Shown in pieces: positions 22,528 to 36,121 of a DNA stretch of 64,000 nt. The stretch spans positions 10,292,001 to 10,356,000 of the forward strand of contig NC_043018.1 in NCBI RefSeq assembly GCF_006345805.1, in the 5' to 3' direction. Both the position numbers and the translations under genes were made by a program. Position 1 is the stretch's first letter. Each line of letters starts with the position of its first letter. A model generated the notes under the pieces. That model worked only from the letters and a program-made list of their open reading frames with translations, made no database searches and was not told the origin of the DNA. The stretch comes from Octopus sinensis. Lineage: Eukaryota.

Positions 22528-22965
22528 ATATATATACACATACATACTCATATATGAGGTGGTTTCACAAGGTTCCTGGACTAGTTTAATAACTGGTACT
22601 TATTCTATCAGTTCTTTTTGCCAAACTGCTAAACTATAGGGACGTAAACACACCAACACCTGTTTTCAAGCAACAGTGGGGGACAAACACAGACACAAAG
22701 ATGCACATACCTAAATAATTATCATTACTATTATGTAAAAGTGTCGTAAGTCCAAAATGTTGCTTTTTCAGAAAACAAAGAAATATTTTCGCCATTCCAT
22801 CACAAAACTGTTGTTCTACAGTTTGACAATTTTTGGTATCTTGGCATCTGGAGCAGCTGGAGATACGATAGTTTGACTGAAAGAACTGCTTATTGCAAGC
22901 AAAAATAAATATTGAAAAATATGCATTTGGCCAAATTTCAACATACCTCAGCTTAACATAATAGT

Positions 22966-23014
<49 letters not shown>

Positions 23015-23016
<2 letters not shown>

Positions 23017-23580
23017 ATCATCATCATCATTTAACGTCCGCTTTCCATGCTAGCATGGGTTGGATGATTTGACTGAGGTCTGACAAACCAGACTCTAATC
23101 TGATCTGGCAGAGTTTCTACAGCTGGATGCCCTTCCTAACGCCAACCACTCCGAGAGTGTAGTGGGTGCTTTTACGTGCCACCGGCACGAGGGCCAGTTT
23201 GGTGGTACTGGTAATGGCCATGCCCAAATGGTGCTTTTTACATGCCACCTGCACAGGAGCCAGTCCAGCGGTACTGGCGACGACCTTGCTCGAATATTTC
23301 ACATGCCACCAGCACAATTGCTGCTAAGGTGACGCGTTAATGATCACACTTGAATGGTATGATTAACGTGCCATCGGCACGAAGGCCAGCTTGTTGCTCT
23401 GGCAACGATCTCACTCGTATGGTACTCTTAGCGCTCCACTAGCAACGGATGCCAGTCACTGAATTTGATTTCGACTTCGATTTCACTTGCCTCAACTGGT
23501 CTTCACAAGCAGAGTTTAGTGTCCAATGAAGGAAAGGCATGCACAAGTGGACTGGTTACACCCTTAGCATAGGCCATGGT
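23015..23580 (-). mobile_element. RTE LINE 3'UTR fragment (variant repeat units)
   Basis: (GAT)n tail plus a gtgcc..ggcac unit array. Confidence 0.8.
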
Positions 23581-23982
23581 CATACATAATAAAAAAGAGT
23601 ATGGAGACTTGTACTTTCAGAATATTTATTTTATAGGTGCCAATTCCATCCGTCAGTCTCAGAAGTTCTACTATTCCTCTGACTTAGTCATTTAATGAAA
23701 ATCAATGAAACTCCACCATATATTGGAATTTATTTAAATCCTACTATGTCTTGTAATTAGCCGACTCCGCCCTGTTTAGTAATCCTGTGAATTCCACCAT
23801 GTCTTATAATTACGTAAACTCTGCTGTGTTCTTGTAACGAGCAAATTTCACCTTTTACTGTAATTAACAAACTCCTGCAAGTTTTATAATTTACGAACTG
23901 ACCATTGTTTTGTAATTAACCAGTTCCATCATGATTTCTAATTGAATCAACTCACCTGTGTGTGTTTCTTCTTATTTTTCAG

Positions 23983-24095
23983 ACAACGCTGGAATCAATG
24001 AACCGTTTTGTCAGCCCTATCAACCCTGCTGTCTTCCCCCATTTGACGGTGGTGTTGTTGGGGATTGGAATCTTCTTCATGGCTTGGTTCTTTGT
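23983..24095 (+). CDS. TMEM258: TMEM258 exon 2
   Basis: ttatttttcag| [38 protein letters not shown] |GTATCCTTT; 113 nt, ending in phase 2. Near-identical to the family motif [19 protein letters not shown]. Confidence 0.95.
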
Positions 24096-24235
24096 GTATC
24101 CTTTTGGTGAATTGCAGAGAGCAGCGTCGTCGGTCGATGGTTGTTGTGGCGCCAGTTGTTAGTGTGTCTCTCCGTATTGACACAGGGTTAATGCTGTGCT
24201 GCTGTTATTAATGTGAATGTATTGATACAGTGTGG

Positions 24236-24810
24236 AGGTGCATGGATTAGTGGTTAGGGTAGTCACATTGTGATCATAAGGTAGTGAGTTCAATTCCTTG
24301 CAACACATTGTGTCCTTGAGCAAGACACTTTATTCCACATTGCTCCGGTCCTCTCAGCTGGCAAAAATGAGTTGTACCTGTATTTCAAAGGGCCAGCCTT
24401 GTCACATTCTGTGTCACACTGAATCTCCCTGAGAACTATGTTAGGGGTACACGTGTGTTCGTTACACACGTAGTTCACTGACTGAAGAGGGTGTGAGGGC
24501 TCATGTCTTAGTGGTTAGGTTGTTTGGCTCATGGTTTTGAGTTCAATTTTTGGCTGTGCATTGTGACCTTGAGCAAGACACTTCATTTCACGTTGCTTCA
24601 GTCCACTCAGCTGGCAAAAGCGAGCATACCTGTAATTCAAAGGGACCAGCCTTGTCGCATTCTGTGTCACGCTGAATCTCCCTGAGAACTACATTAGGGG
24701 TACATGTGTTTGTGGAGTGCTCAGCCACTTGCACATTAATTCTATGAGCAGGCTGTTCTGTTGATCGGATCAACTGGAACACTCATCATAGCAACCAATA
24801 GAGGGCCAGT
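24236..24810 (+). mobile_element. Two SINE family D copies (tRNA head, tgtgtccttgagcaagacac box, C-type tail)
   Basis: Copies at about 24236-24470 and 24505-24810. The tail is shared with 39958-40343. Confidence 0.75.
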
Positions 24811-24825
24811 TAGTTATTGATACGT

Positions 24826-25040
24826 ATTTCTTTACTACCCACAGAGGGGGACAAACAAGGACAGACAAACGGATTAAGTCGATTACATCGACCCCAGTGC
24901 GTAACTGGTACTTAATTTATCGACCCCGAAAGGATGAAAGGCAAAGTCAACCTCGGCGGAATTTGAACTCAGAACGTAATGGCAGATGAAATACAGCTAC
25001 GCATTTCGCCCGGTGTGCGAATGATTCTGCCAGCTCGCCA
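24826..25040 (-). mobile_element. SINE family B
   Basis: Matches 15660-15890. Confidence 0.9.
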
Positions 25041-25787
25041 TACGGTATTAAAGGTGTGAATGCTATTGGTACAATATTAGTGATGTGTTGGTGTTATGGA
25101 TGTAGTTGTTTTACTACAGTATTAGTGATGTAGTGGTGTTACCGACATGGCAGTTTTAGTACAGTATTGGTTGATGTGACGGTAGACAGAGATTTAGGGA
25201 TGTGGTGGTGTTACCAAACACCTGCCTGAATGGAGTCGTCTCTTCTCCACCCAATCTACTCAAAACACACTGAAACAATTTGCCTTATCTGGGCTGGGTA
25301 TCGCTGTTTTAACCCTCTTAGCATTCAGATTACTCTGTCATATATATCCTTGTTTATTCACGCTGTTTTGAATTAATTGTGCATTATCTCAGAGCGTTGA
25401 GATTTCAATGATATCTTTGTATATTCTGAGAATGATATTGTAGGATGGGTATGAAAGGCCAGATCTTGACAGTTTGACCGTAAAACAAGTAGAATGTTTG
25501 GCTTGGAATGGAATATTTAACTCTTTAACTTAATCATGCAGTGTCTCATAGCTTTGAGCTTTCAAAGATGATGTGATTGTTTATTTGTAGAAATAGACAT
25601 AAGTTTCAATAAACTACAAAATATAAATATCCACACCTGAACACCTGAAACGTACCTGTTATAACTCTTTATCTAGCTTTGAATGTACGTGAAGGTATTT
25701 AGAATGGCCAAACTTATTTCTGAAAATGTGCTAAGCACTGATGTTTAATCAATAAGGATAGGGGCGAGGTTAATGCAGTAAAAATAG

Positions 25788-26347
25788 TGGGGGGGGGGGT
25801 CGGTGAGGCCCCATTTAAGTGGCCTTTCAGAAATTGAACCGTTATGTAAACCTCGAGGAATGTGAAGACGCAGGCTGGAAAGCAGAGCATTTTCCAATCG
25901 AAGTTGGATGTAGAGGGTTTGTTGGACACAGTGTGAGACGACTGTTGTTATCATTGGGCCTAACTCATCGTAAAGTCAATACCACCATGACCGATATCCA
26001 AACTACAGTGGAGAAGGCTAGCCACTGGATTTGGTTAAAAAGAGACGATGAACGATGACTAGGATATTGAGCTTTATTTGATAACCAGCTGATCTAGCAA
26101 GCGGGGCCTCATATCAGTGAGTGGGAGGGCCGGTGCGCATTGATGCCGTCGAGAGGTAGGCCCCAAAACGGCACGCATTCTCTCCTGATGACCCCATACA
26201 CTTGCTGGCTTCTGGTATGCGGAGTTTTTGACTGGTAGCACTTGCATGTGCAAGTTGTTTGCAAGACATATACTCCGTAGGAGTTCATGGTATGAAATTT
26301 ATTGTCATTGCTCCAATTTGATTGCCAATGCCATGTATTTAGTTTAA
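25788..26347 (+). mobile_element. 5'-truncated RLE-type non-LTR retrotransposon (HERO-like)
   Basis: KYxxLxEEC-like RYVNLEEC..GWKAEHFPIEVGCRGFVG...EKASHWIWLKR, with a 16-bp TSD aatgcagtaaaaatag at 25772-25787 and 26348-26363. Confidence 0.8.
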
Positions 26348-26622
26348 AATGCAGTAAAAATAGGGCGTCAGTGGTGTCCCAATTAGGCGGCCCTTAAAAA
26401 AAAGACACCCTGAGGACATTCCCTGGGATTAGGGGAATTGCTGGTTTGAGTTTCGTTGTCCTTGCACCAACAGTCTAGGAGGAGGTAAACATAAAAGCAT
26501 AACAGACAGAGAAACATCACTCATGTTTATAATCGGATGACATTGTAGGGTAAGTGTGAGAGTCTTGATCTGGCCAGTTTGAACATAAAACAGAATATTT
26601 AGGGTGGAATTGGCTGGTTTAA

Positions 26623-26813
26623 CCCTTTAGCATTCAGATTATTCTATCAAATGGATTTGAATTTATCCTGCTTTATCTTGTAGCAATGGTGTGATTATTG
26701 TTTTCTTAGAATGACATTGTGGGGTGGGTGTGAAAGGCTGGATCAGGCTGGTTTAAAAATGATACAGGTAGAATTTTGGGGAGCTGGATGTGGCCAGTTT
26801 AAACACTAAAGGG
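26623..26813. mobile_element. piggyBac-like MITE
   Basis: TTAA|CCCTTTAGCATT...AACACTAAAGGG|TTAA. Confidence 0.8.
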
Positions 26814-27370
26814 TTAATTAAAAGAGAAGCAAACCTTAGTCAAATTTCTTCTAGGATTCCCCAATTTTCAAAGGTGATGGTCACTTTGACCAGTTGTCAC
26901 CAGGTGGGATCTCTGAACAAACCACCCAAACATCTTTCACACTGTCAAAATTTGCTACAGTATGGCCTACGTAATTAACTCTCATTTCACAATTTAATTT
27001 TTTTAATTAACAAATGCTTTTTCTTAGATAATTATTGGATTTTAATGTAATAGCTTTATAAAACAAATGCTAAATATCAGTTTTCTTCAAATTATGTTTT
27101 AAAAATATATTTAAATGGAATTAATTAAACTGTTTCAATATTTTGCAAAAGATCAGATAACAGTTTTATTTTTGTCTTTTTTACAACCATTTTTACAGAA
27201 ATTGTAAAATTTCCTGTTATATTTCTCTGACTTATTTTCTTACAAATATTTACAAGAATAATTTTCTCTGTTTTCTAATCATTTTTATGAAAGAAAAACA
27301 TACGTAGATAATATTAAATGGTCCGCTACGTACATACACACACATATATATAAACACACGTACATACATA

Positions 27371-27403
<33 letters not shown>

Positions 27404-28954
27404 TACATACATACATACATAAATACATAATATATATATATATATATACACATACACTCATACATGATACATATATATATATATATATACATACATACAT
27501 ATATAAATACATAATATATATATATACACATACACTCATACATGATTGATATATATATATATATATATACACATACACACACATACACACATATGTAATG
27601 TGTGTGTGTGTGTTTGTATAAATATATACACACACACACATATATATAATTTGTACACAACAGTAATGGTGGATTTTCTTTCAAATATTAACAATACTGT
27701 TTTATTGCAGATGAATATCTTTTTGTCTGTTTGTTGTTGTTTTTGCAAAGAATTATATGAAGTGAGGAAACAAATAATCTACAGAATAATCAACCATTTT
27801 AATACAGATATTAAATTTTTTTTTTTTTTACCTTTATTCTCTTCTGTGCCAACATGGCTTATAGATATTGAAGATATAAAATATAATCAACAATGGGTTT
27901 TTTTTTAAATTAAAAATTTTTTTTTTTTTTATCCCTCGCTGAATTATAATAGAACTGAAAGAAAACATTAACATTTGTAAACAAATGTATTGTGAGCAAA
28001 AGAATTGGTGTATTTCAGTGGAATAAAAGATTAAAGTGAGGAAATTTGAACATTAAAAGCAATCAGACAATCCATTAGTCTGACAGAGATGGAATTTCAT
28101 CAGTTTATTCATGATGTTGACAAAAACCAAGTTTTTCACGGCAAAAATCTGCAACACGAACATCCGTGTGAAGATGTCGTCGTCATCATCGTCATCATTT
28201 AGTGTCTCCCATTTTACAATTACAAGAGTCAGACAGAATTCTGTCTGACAGAATTTTTAAAATCGGATGCCCTTCCTGTCACCCACCTTCATCTGTCCTC
28301 CAAGCAGGTAATATTTCCCCCATGACCTAGACATGTTTTTCATGGAGGACTGGAAATGAACAAACTCACTTGTATGTTGTTGATACACATTTACAACCAT
28401 CAGGTGATGTCTAGCGGACACACACACATATACATATACAATGGGCTTCTTTCAGTTTCCATCTACCAGATCCACTCACAAGGCTTTGGTTGGCCTGGGG
28501 CTATAGTAGAAGATACCTGTCCAAGGTACCACTCAGGGGGAAACCTACTACACAATCTCTCAACACAACAATTAACAAACCTCCTTCCCTCCAGATATCA
28601 ACACCCCCAAATAGCAACCTGAGCCCACCTAAACCACACATAGAACTTCCCAACACAACCCCATATACATAACACCACATATCTATAATTTCATTAAAGA
28701 CATTTCTCTGAAAATCTCCACAGAGACAGCTCAGTTTTTCAGCCAATGAGGTAAGATCTTGGGAGGGAAACCCTCAGAGGTTTTCATACCTCGAAGTGGA
28801 GCCAAAATCAATATCTGTTTATCAATTCTCATTCTTCTGCCTGTCCTTTCTGCTCTCGTGAAGGTGCATAGATTAGTAGTTAGATCACAATTGCAAGGTC
28901 GGGAGTTTGAAAACTGGTGGTATGTCAGTGTCCTTGAGCAAGACACTTTATTTC

Positions 28955-29255
28955 ACTTTAAAAAAGCACCATCCGAACGTGGCCGATACCAGCGCTGCCT
29001 TGACTGGCTTCCGTGCCGGTGGCGTGTAAAAAGCACCAATCCGATCGTGGCCGTTGCCAGCCTCGCCTGGTACGTAAATAAGCACCCACTACACTCAGGG
29101 AGTGGTTGGCGTTAGGAAGGGCATCCAGCTGTAGAAACTCTGCCAGATCAGACTGGAGCCTGGTGCAGCCTTCTGGCTTCCCAGATCCCTGGTCAGACCG
29201 TCCAACCCATGCTAGCATGGAGAATGGATGTTAAACGATGATGATGATGATGATT
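28955..29255 (+). mobile_element. RTE LINE 3'UTR fragment
   Basis: Matches 51300-51634 and has a (GAT)n tail. Confidence 0.85.
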
Positions 29256-29518
29256 GCTCCAGTCCACTCAGCTAGCAGAAATGAGCAGTAACTGTATTTC
29301 GAAGGGGCCAGCCTTGTCACATTCTGTGTCACGCTGAATCTCTCACAGAACTACGTTAAAGGTATGTGTGTCTGTGGAGTTCTCAGCCACTTTCACATCA
29401 ATTGCACAAGCTGGCTCTCCCCACTGATCAGATCAACTGGAACCTCCATTGTCATAACTGGCAGATTGCCAGTTATTATATGAAAACATTAAAATATTAA
29501 TTATTATTTAAAATTTAT

Positions 29519-29905
29519 AGGCGCAGGAGTGGCTGTGTGGTAAGTAGTTTGCTTACCAACCACATGGTTCTGGGTTCAGTCCCACTGCGTGGCACCTTGG
29601 GCAAGTGTCTTCAACTATAGCCTCAGGCCGACCAAAGCCTTGTCAGTGGACTTGGTAGATGGAAACTGAAAGAAGCCCGTCGTTATATGTATATATATAT
29701 ATATGTGCGTGTGTCTGTGTTTGTCCCCCCAACATTGCTTGACAACCGATGCTGGTGTGTTTGTCCCCGTCACTTAGCAGTTCAGCAAAAGAGACTGATA
29801 GAATAAGTACTGGGCTTACAAAGAATAAGTCCCGGGGTCAAGTTGCTCGATTAAAGGCGGTGCTCCAGCATGGCCGCAGTCAAATGACTGAAACAAGTAA
29901 AAGAG
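29519..29905 (+). mobile_element. SINE family A, full length
   Basis: Starts aggcgcaggagtggctgtgtggtaag. Confidence 0.9.
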
Positions 29906-30149
29906 TATATATACATTTCTATAGTTTTTTTTAACCCCTCCATTGCTAAATTGAATTTCATGATTATTCCAGTTGCAGTTTTAAATATCTACCAAAATAT
30001 ATAGAATCAGTATTTTCTGCCAAGTTGTGTTGCTTCAGTGAACTTGACTCATCTCAACAGAAAATGGTTTTAAACATGATATTCCTCAACAAAAAATAGG
30101 CCGATATATAAAACTGATTTCCAAAATGAAAGGGTTAACTATATTTCCC

Positions 30150-30529
30150 TTTTACCTTTTATTTGTTTCACTCATTAGACTGTGGCCATGCTGGAGCACC
30201 ACCTTGAAGAATTTTTTTGTCAAGCGAATTAACTCTAGTACTTTTCTAGTCTCTTTTGCTGAAGTACTAAGTTAGCGGGATGTAAACATACCAACACCAG
30301 ATGTCAAGTGGTGGTGGTGGTGGTGGTGGTGGGAACAGACACAAAGACACACTCACATATATCTATGACAGGCTTCTTTCAGTTTCCATCTACCAGATCC
30401 ACTCACAAGGCATTGGTTGGTCCAAGGCTATTGAAGAAGACACTCACCCAATGTGTCAAGCAGTGGGACTGAACCCGGAACCATGTGGTTGGGAATCAAG
30501 TTTCTTACCACACAGTCATACCTGTGCCT
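30150..30529 (-). mobile_element. SINE family A (diverged)
   Basis: Colinear with family A. Confidence 0.8.
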
Positions 30530-30788
30530 CACCATCATCGTCCTTTAACGCCCAATTTCCATGCTGGCATGGGCTGGATGGTTTGACCAGAGGTGGGAAG
30601 CTCCACCAGGTTCCAGTCTGATTTGGCTTGGTCTCTATGGCTGGAGGCCCTTCCTAATGCCATCCACTTTACCGAGTGTGCTGCATGCTTTTAATGTGGG
30701 CCCCAGTGCAGGACTCTTGAAGGCTAATCCTCTTCACCCGGTGGGGAGTGACCTTAACACTTCTGCTGTGGAGAACAGTCATCTAGAG

Positions 30789-31007
30789 CAGTGCTTTTCA
30801 AACTTTTTGCTGGAGCGGAACCCCAAGAAAATATTTCACTGGCTCGAGGAACCCCTGTGCAATAATTTAATAGTCTTATGCACACATATCTGCACAGGAG
30901 ACTTAAAAATTACTGCCAATTTTAGCAGTTTTGTAACTTCTTGCAGAACCCCTGGACTGTACTGGTGGAACACTAAGTTTCCGCGGAACCCTGGTTGAAA
31001 ACCACTG
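30789..31007. mobile_element. hAT (Charlie-like) MITE
   Basis: TIR CAGTGCTTTTCAAAC / GTTGAAAACCACTG and a perfect 8-bp TSD ATCTAGAG. Confidence 0.9.
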
Positions 31008-31471
31008 ATCTAGAGTAGAGCAAGGTGCCAGCTTTCCCCAGTCCTCTCACATCTCATCTGAAAGGTTCAGCACCCTGAGGTCGTCCTTCAGTACTTTGTC
31101 TTTCCTCTTTCTGGATCTCCCTTTTTCCACAAGTTCCATCCACTTCGAGTGAACGACACTTTATGGAGCTGTCAGCATCATTGAATTTTTCTACAGAAGC
31201 CCCAAAAGACATAACATCAGCATTTCATGATAAAACTTTTTTTCCTTTTTTGATATTTACATAATAAAATAATTTAGCCAGTCTCTAACAGTTGCCAGAG
31301 TGCTGCCAGTTTTATGCCGTCTCTGGAAGCTGGCACGCTTAACTCAAGATATATGAGGAACAGTTAGGCGGAGGGACTGAAGCTACCTTTTCTGGCATGC
31401 CCTTTTGCATCTCAAACAAAAACTCAATGCTCCAAGTCCCCAGAGCAGTTCATTTGTAGTGGCACTGGGAG

Positions 31472-31717
31472 CAGTGTTTCCCAACCATTTTCCTTACCTA
31501 TGGATCGCTTTTGATGCCTCTTTTATTCAGACTGAACCTCATGGCCATTTGATGTTTAAAAAAATCCTATTATATTTTTATACTTAAAGGAATTATATAA
31601 AGAATATGTAAGGGAGAAAATTGTCAAAGTACTTTGTGTATTGTTGCACATAAATTTTAACAATAAAATCCTTTATGGACTGCCAAGGGCCGTAAGGACC
31701 CTTGTTGAGCATCACTG
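31472..31717. mobile_element. hAT-type MITE (old)
   Basis: cagtgtttcccaacc...gttgagcatcactg; no TSD retained. Confidence 0.5.
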
Positions 31718-32339
31718 TACCAGAAAAAAGAAACAAAACAAGGCCTGTCCCCAAACTCTGGCTGGCATTTTTTAACCCAGCAGCATGTCTCCTGCAAGAC
31801 CACTGTCCGAACTATGGAAGAGAATTCCATGCATTGCACAGAGCTTTAGTTATCTTGTTTCCTACTCTACAGTTAATCCTTCCAAAATCCCCTGCCAAAA
31901 TTTTCAAAATCCTCTTTTCCTCCACTTCATATCAATGAGGTTTTTTTTTGAGCAAAATCTCCTTTTGTTCCCCTACTTTCCTTGCCAAGCCCACACTGCA
32001 CACACTTGGCAAACCTCCTACAGTTCTATCCCCTTCCGACCTTCCAAGTACACACCCCAAGTGCTTCTGTTTACTTCAGATCAACCAGGCCCCCCAACCT
32101 CAGTAATATTGCTTGCAAACCTAAAGCTAACCCTTATAACTAAACGGTTCAATTTCCTCCGCTACAGGGATCTCCTCGGATATTTATGAACACACTTCAG
32201 TATGTACCATTCCAAGGAAGACCATCAATTCCTCAAACCCTGTCAACTATTGCCTCATAACATCTCTCCCCCCTCTCTCTCTCTCCCTTTCTCTCTCTCT
32301 CTCTCTCTCTCTCAATGATCACCAGTAGTGATTTTGTAA

Positions 32340-32550
32340 AAACAAATCCCCTAGTGATAAACTTTCCTACATCACTGACCGATGGGCTCTACCCGAGAGA
32401 AATTTGTTGAAAATAGTTGTCACTCTTGACATTAACAAAGCTTTTGACCCTGTCTCATATATAAATTTCTTATCAAAACTGCCCACCAACAGGCTGCACC
32501 CATTCCTTCTTAAATTCAGTTTCCTTCAGATCACACAACATCAAAAAACA
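32340..32550 (+). pseudogene. Decayed CR1/Jockey-like RT remnant
   Basis: LDINKAFDPVSY..FLSKLP resembles the RT motif LDxSKAFDxVxH..LLxKL. Confidence 0.45.
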
Positions 32551-32844
32551 AAAACGAAATAAAATGTGATGAGGTTAACTCTGTAAATAGGATAACTCAA
32601 ATGGCTAAAGTTATCTCCCTTCATATCTGTTCTTCCATAGATTCACTTCAGATGAAAATCTCCAAGAAAACACTCAGTTATTCCTCAATCCATTTTTTTC
32701 CTTACTGTTTTTTTTTTTTGCTGTCTTCTCTGCACAACAAATGCAAATTTAACAAATCTAAATCTCTCATGTGTCAAGCTTCAGAAATTAAATTTCAGCT
32801 CCTGCCTATTGCTACATGTGTATCGTTCCTTAACTTGGCATCAG

Positions 32845-32971
32845 ATATGAAGTCACATCAACCAAATTCTCACGAGATATCTACAAAGAGCTTCTGGTAT
32901 CATTATTTGCCTCTGTTTTCATGGGTTTTGGTGTTTTGTTCCTGTTACTCTGGGTCGGAATATATGTATGA
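32845..32971 (+). CDS. TMEM258: TMEM258 exon 3 (to stop)
   Basis: |a [41 protein letters not shown]. The frame completes the phase-2 Val codon of exon 2. Confidence 0.95.
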
Positions 32972-34739
32972 CATTTGGACAGGTAAGAATCAGTGTTTTT
33001 TTACCTGCTTCCATTCACTTCACCCTTTTCATACCAACCTGTGCTAAGACTCTCTCGCTGGTTCTAACGATGCAAATTCACCATTGTAAAGTAATCTAAA
33101 TTAAGACCTTTCATTGAAACTTCTTGCTAATATATTTTCAAAATCAGTCGAAACAAAGACATTATATTTCAATGGACATATGGTAACAAAAGCGTTACTA
33201 GTTTATATTCAATTTTTTTTACTATAATAAATAATTTGTTTATTTCGCAGTTTAGGCTGAATGACTCTTGTTTTCAGTTTTTTACATCAGTTTTTGTCTT
33301 ATTCAGTAATACAAATAGACACGCACACATATATACATTTCAAAAAATCAGATTTACTTCTGGTTTTTTCATGCTGGCATGGGTTGGAAGGGTTGTCATA
33401 TTTGTAATAATTTCTTATTGAGAGTTTTCATTGACTAATACTTGAAGGTGTCATTTAGCTTGGTTTCTACAGCTACATGCCCTTCCCATCATTAGTCACT
33501 TTACAGTGTGTATGTACTGGGTGCATATTTATACCCTGGACTCACCTGTTGTCTACAACAGGTGGAGGTTCTGCAGTTTTTTGCTGAACAACCTGCACAG
33601 GTGACTTGTTTATAGTGATCAAACGTATGTGCTGTACATCAGCTCACCTGCCTCTATCAAATAAACATTGGCCAAACAGGTGCATGGTGTACCACGTATC
33701 AGGTGACAAAGTGATCAAAGAGCAGCCTGAGGTGGTGAAGTGTCTTGCTCAAGAACACAAAGCACCACTTGATCCAGATATTGAAATCACAACCTTGCAA
33801 TTGCGAATGCAGCATGCTTGACCACTAGGCCATGCACCCTCACTTATGTACATACCTACATACACTACACTTTACATTTTGTTTACTTGTTATTGCACAT
33901 ATTGAATCCTTCAAATGTTTTCTCATACAAAGATCATCGTCATCATCGTTTAACGTCCGTTTTCCGTGCTAGCACAAGTTGGACAGTTCGACCAGGGTCT
34001 TGGAAGCCAGGAGGCTGCACCAGGCTCCAGTCTGATCTGGCTGTGTTTCTACAGCTGGATGCCCTTCCTAACACCAAGCACTCCGAGAGTGTAGTGGGTG
34101 CTTTTTATGTGCCAGGGGAGGCTGGCAGCGGCCACAATCAGTTGGTGCTTTTTACGTGCCACCGGCACAGAATCCAGTCAAGGCGGCGCTGGCATCGGCC
34201 ACGTTTGGATGGTGCTTTTTATGTGCCACCGGCACAGGTATCACAACTACTATTTCCATTTGATATTTATTTCGATATTGATGTACTTGACTCAATAGGT
34301 TTCCTCACTCTTCAAAAACTATAGATACACCCATACACAGAGTCTGGTTCCGCCTTCCAGCTTGCCAGCCCTGGTCAAACCGTCCAACCCATTCCAGCAT
34401 GGACAATGGACACTAAATGATGATGAACGATGCTGGTGCCAAGTAAAAAGCACCTGTTATACTCTGTGAAGTGGTTGGCATTAGGAAGATAATCCAGCTG
34501 TAAAAACCTTGCCAAAACAGACCGTGGAACTTAATGTAGCCCCTGGCCTTGCCAGTTCCTCTCAAGCCATCCAACCCATGCCAGCATGGAAAAACGGACA
34601 TTAAATGTTGATAATGATGATGATGATTATTATATAGATGTATATAATAAATGTTTCCACATACCACAATGTGTGCATACATAAATTTTCTTTTTTATTT
34701 ACTTATTTTGATAAATAATGGTTTGTTTTATATTTCCAG

Positions 34740-34825
34740 AGATCATTCTGATGGATGGCTGATAGACTGGAGTGAAAAACATTCAACAAAATTCATTCAA
34801 TAAAATCTATACTGTTTCTACATAC
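34740..34825 (+). other. TMEM258: Probable TMEM258 3'UTR terminal exon
   Basis: Donor AG|GTAAGA at 32983, acceptor tttgttttatatttccag| at 34739, and AATAAA at 34799-34804 followed by T/G-rich sequence. Confidence 0.6.
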
Positions 34826-34980
34826 TCTTGACTGTGTCATTACTTTACAGTGTGTATACATGGATGTATATATGTGTGTGTATTTTTAATGATGGTATTA
34901 ACTAATAATGGATATCAATGACCATCTAATTAAACCCCATGTTAACCACCAGGTGAATTACTTCTGCAATGGTGATGTCA

Positions 34981-35348
34981 TCTCTCTATATATAAACGGC
35001 AAAATGTGTGTGTGTGTGCATGTCCTTTATACAAATCCACAATTTTTCAGTTTGAGGGCTCGCACTTTCTATGGTCATTCAAAACCATCCAAGGGTGGTC
35101 GTGCACATCTTTACATTTCCCCAGTCACCCCTCAAAGCCATTAAAAAATCAATAGAAGTGACTTTTTTGTGAATTTTCTATCCAAAACCCAATCAAAATG
35201 CCCGAAACTTGATACGCCAATTTAATGCCAGCTAGCTGTGTGTGATTGGTCGGAGATTTGGACAGTACTTGCGTGTATGTGCGCACGCACACAGCTGTAT
35301 ATGCATGCTCTAGCACTATGACCCGGCGTTGCTGGGTCATAGTGCTAG
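34981..35348 (+). mobile_element. Non-autonomous Helitron-like element
   Basis: Colinear with 11982-12343; A|TC...CTAG|T. Confidence 0.85.
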
Positions 35349-35762
35349 TACTGGTTATATAATGTTAACTTATTTTTGCATTATTAATGTCAAGTAAGGT
35401 GAAGCTTACAGACTTGTCTGTGACATGGAGATGAGATGAGCCTCTGTCACATTATACTGCTCCACATGTTGGTACAATGCTGTAACACTGCTTCGCATGT
35501 CAAGCAAAACTTCTTGAGAACATGTTCCAATGGCCAGATGCCCTTCATGATGCCAACTTGATTTTAATGGTTTTCGCACATTGAATCAGCAAGTGGAGTG
35601 TTTTGTTTATGGAGCATATAAATGTCACCTATGTCCAAGTAGTGTTAATGTTTGTGTGTGTATGTATATGTATATATATAACTAATGTAGGATAAAATTT
35701 TTTTCGGGAAAAAAATTTCATCAATGGCCAGCATATCAAAAAATACCTTTAAAGGTTAAATT

Positions 35763-36121
35763 TATAAATAATTTACAAAAATAAGGGCAAAAGAAAAATT
35801 CTAATGCCAAATATGCCGAAAAAAATACAAAAATTGTCAATTAACCATTATAATTTATGTGTCTCGAAACAAACCGATAGAAATTTCTAAAAAATTCGTT
35901 ATTACCGTATTGGACCAATTTAGGAGTTAATTCATAAGAGGAGAAAATTCTTATGAACTAACTCCGAAATTGGTCCAATACGGTAATAACGAAAGTTTTT
36001 AGAAATTTCTATCGGTTTGTTTCGAGACGCATAAATTATAATGGTTAATTGACAATTTTTGTCTTTTTTTCGGCATATTTGGCATTAGAATTTTTCTTTT
36101 GCCCTTATGATGTAAATTATT

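Larger units (their letters stand above)
24096..32844 (+). other. U12-type (minor spliceosome) GT-AG intron of TMEM258
   Basis: 5' site GTATCCTTT. Branch site TTCCTTAAC at 32826-32834, 10 nt before the acceptor junction. Confidence 0.93.
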
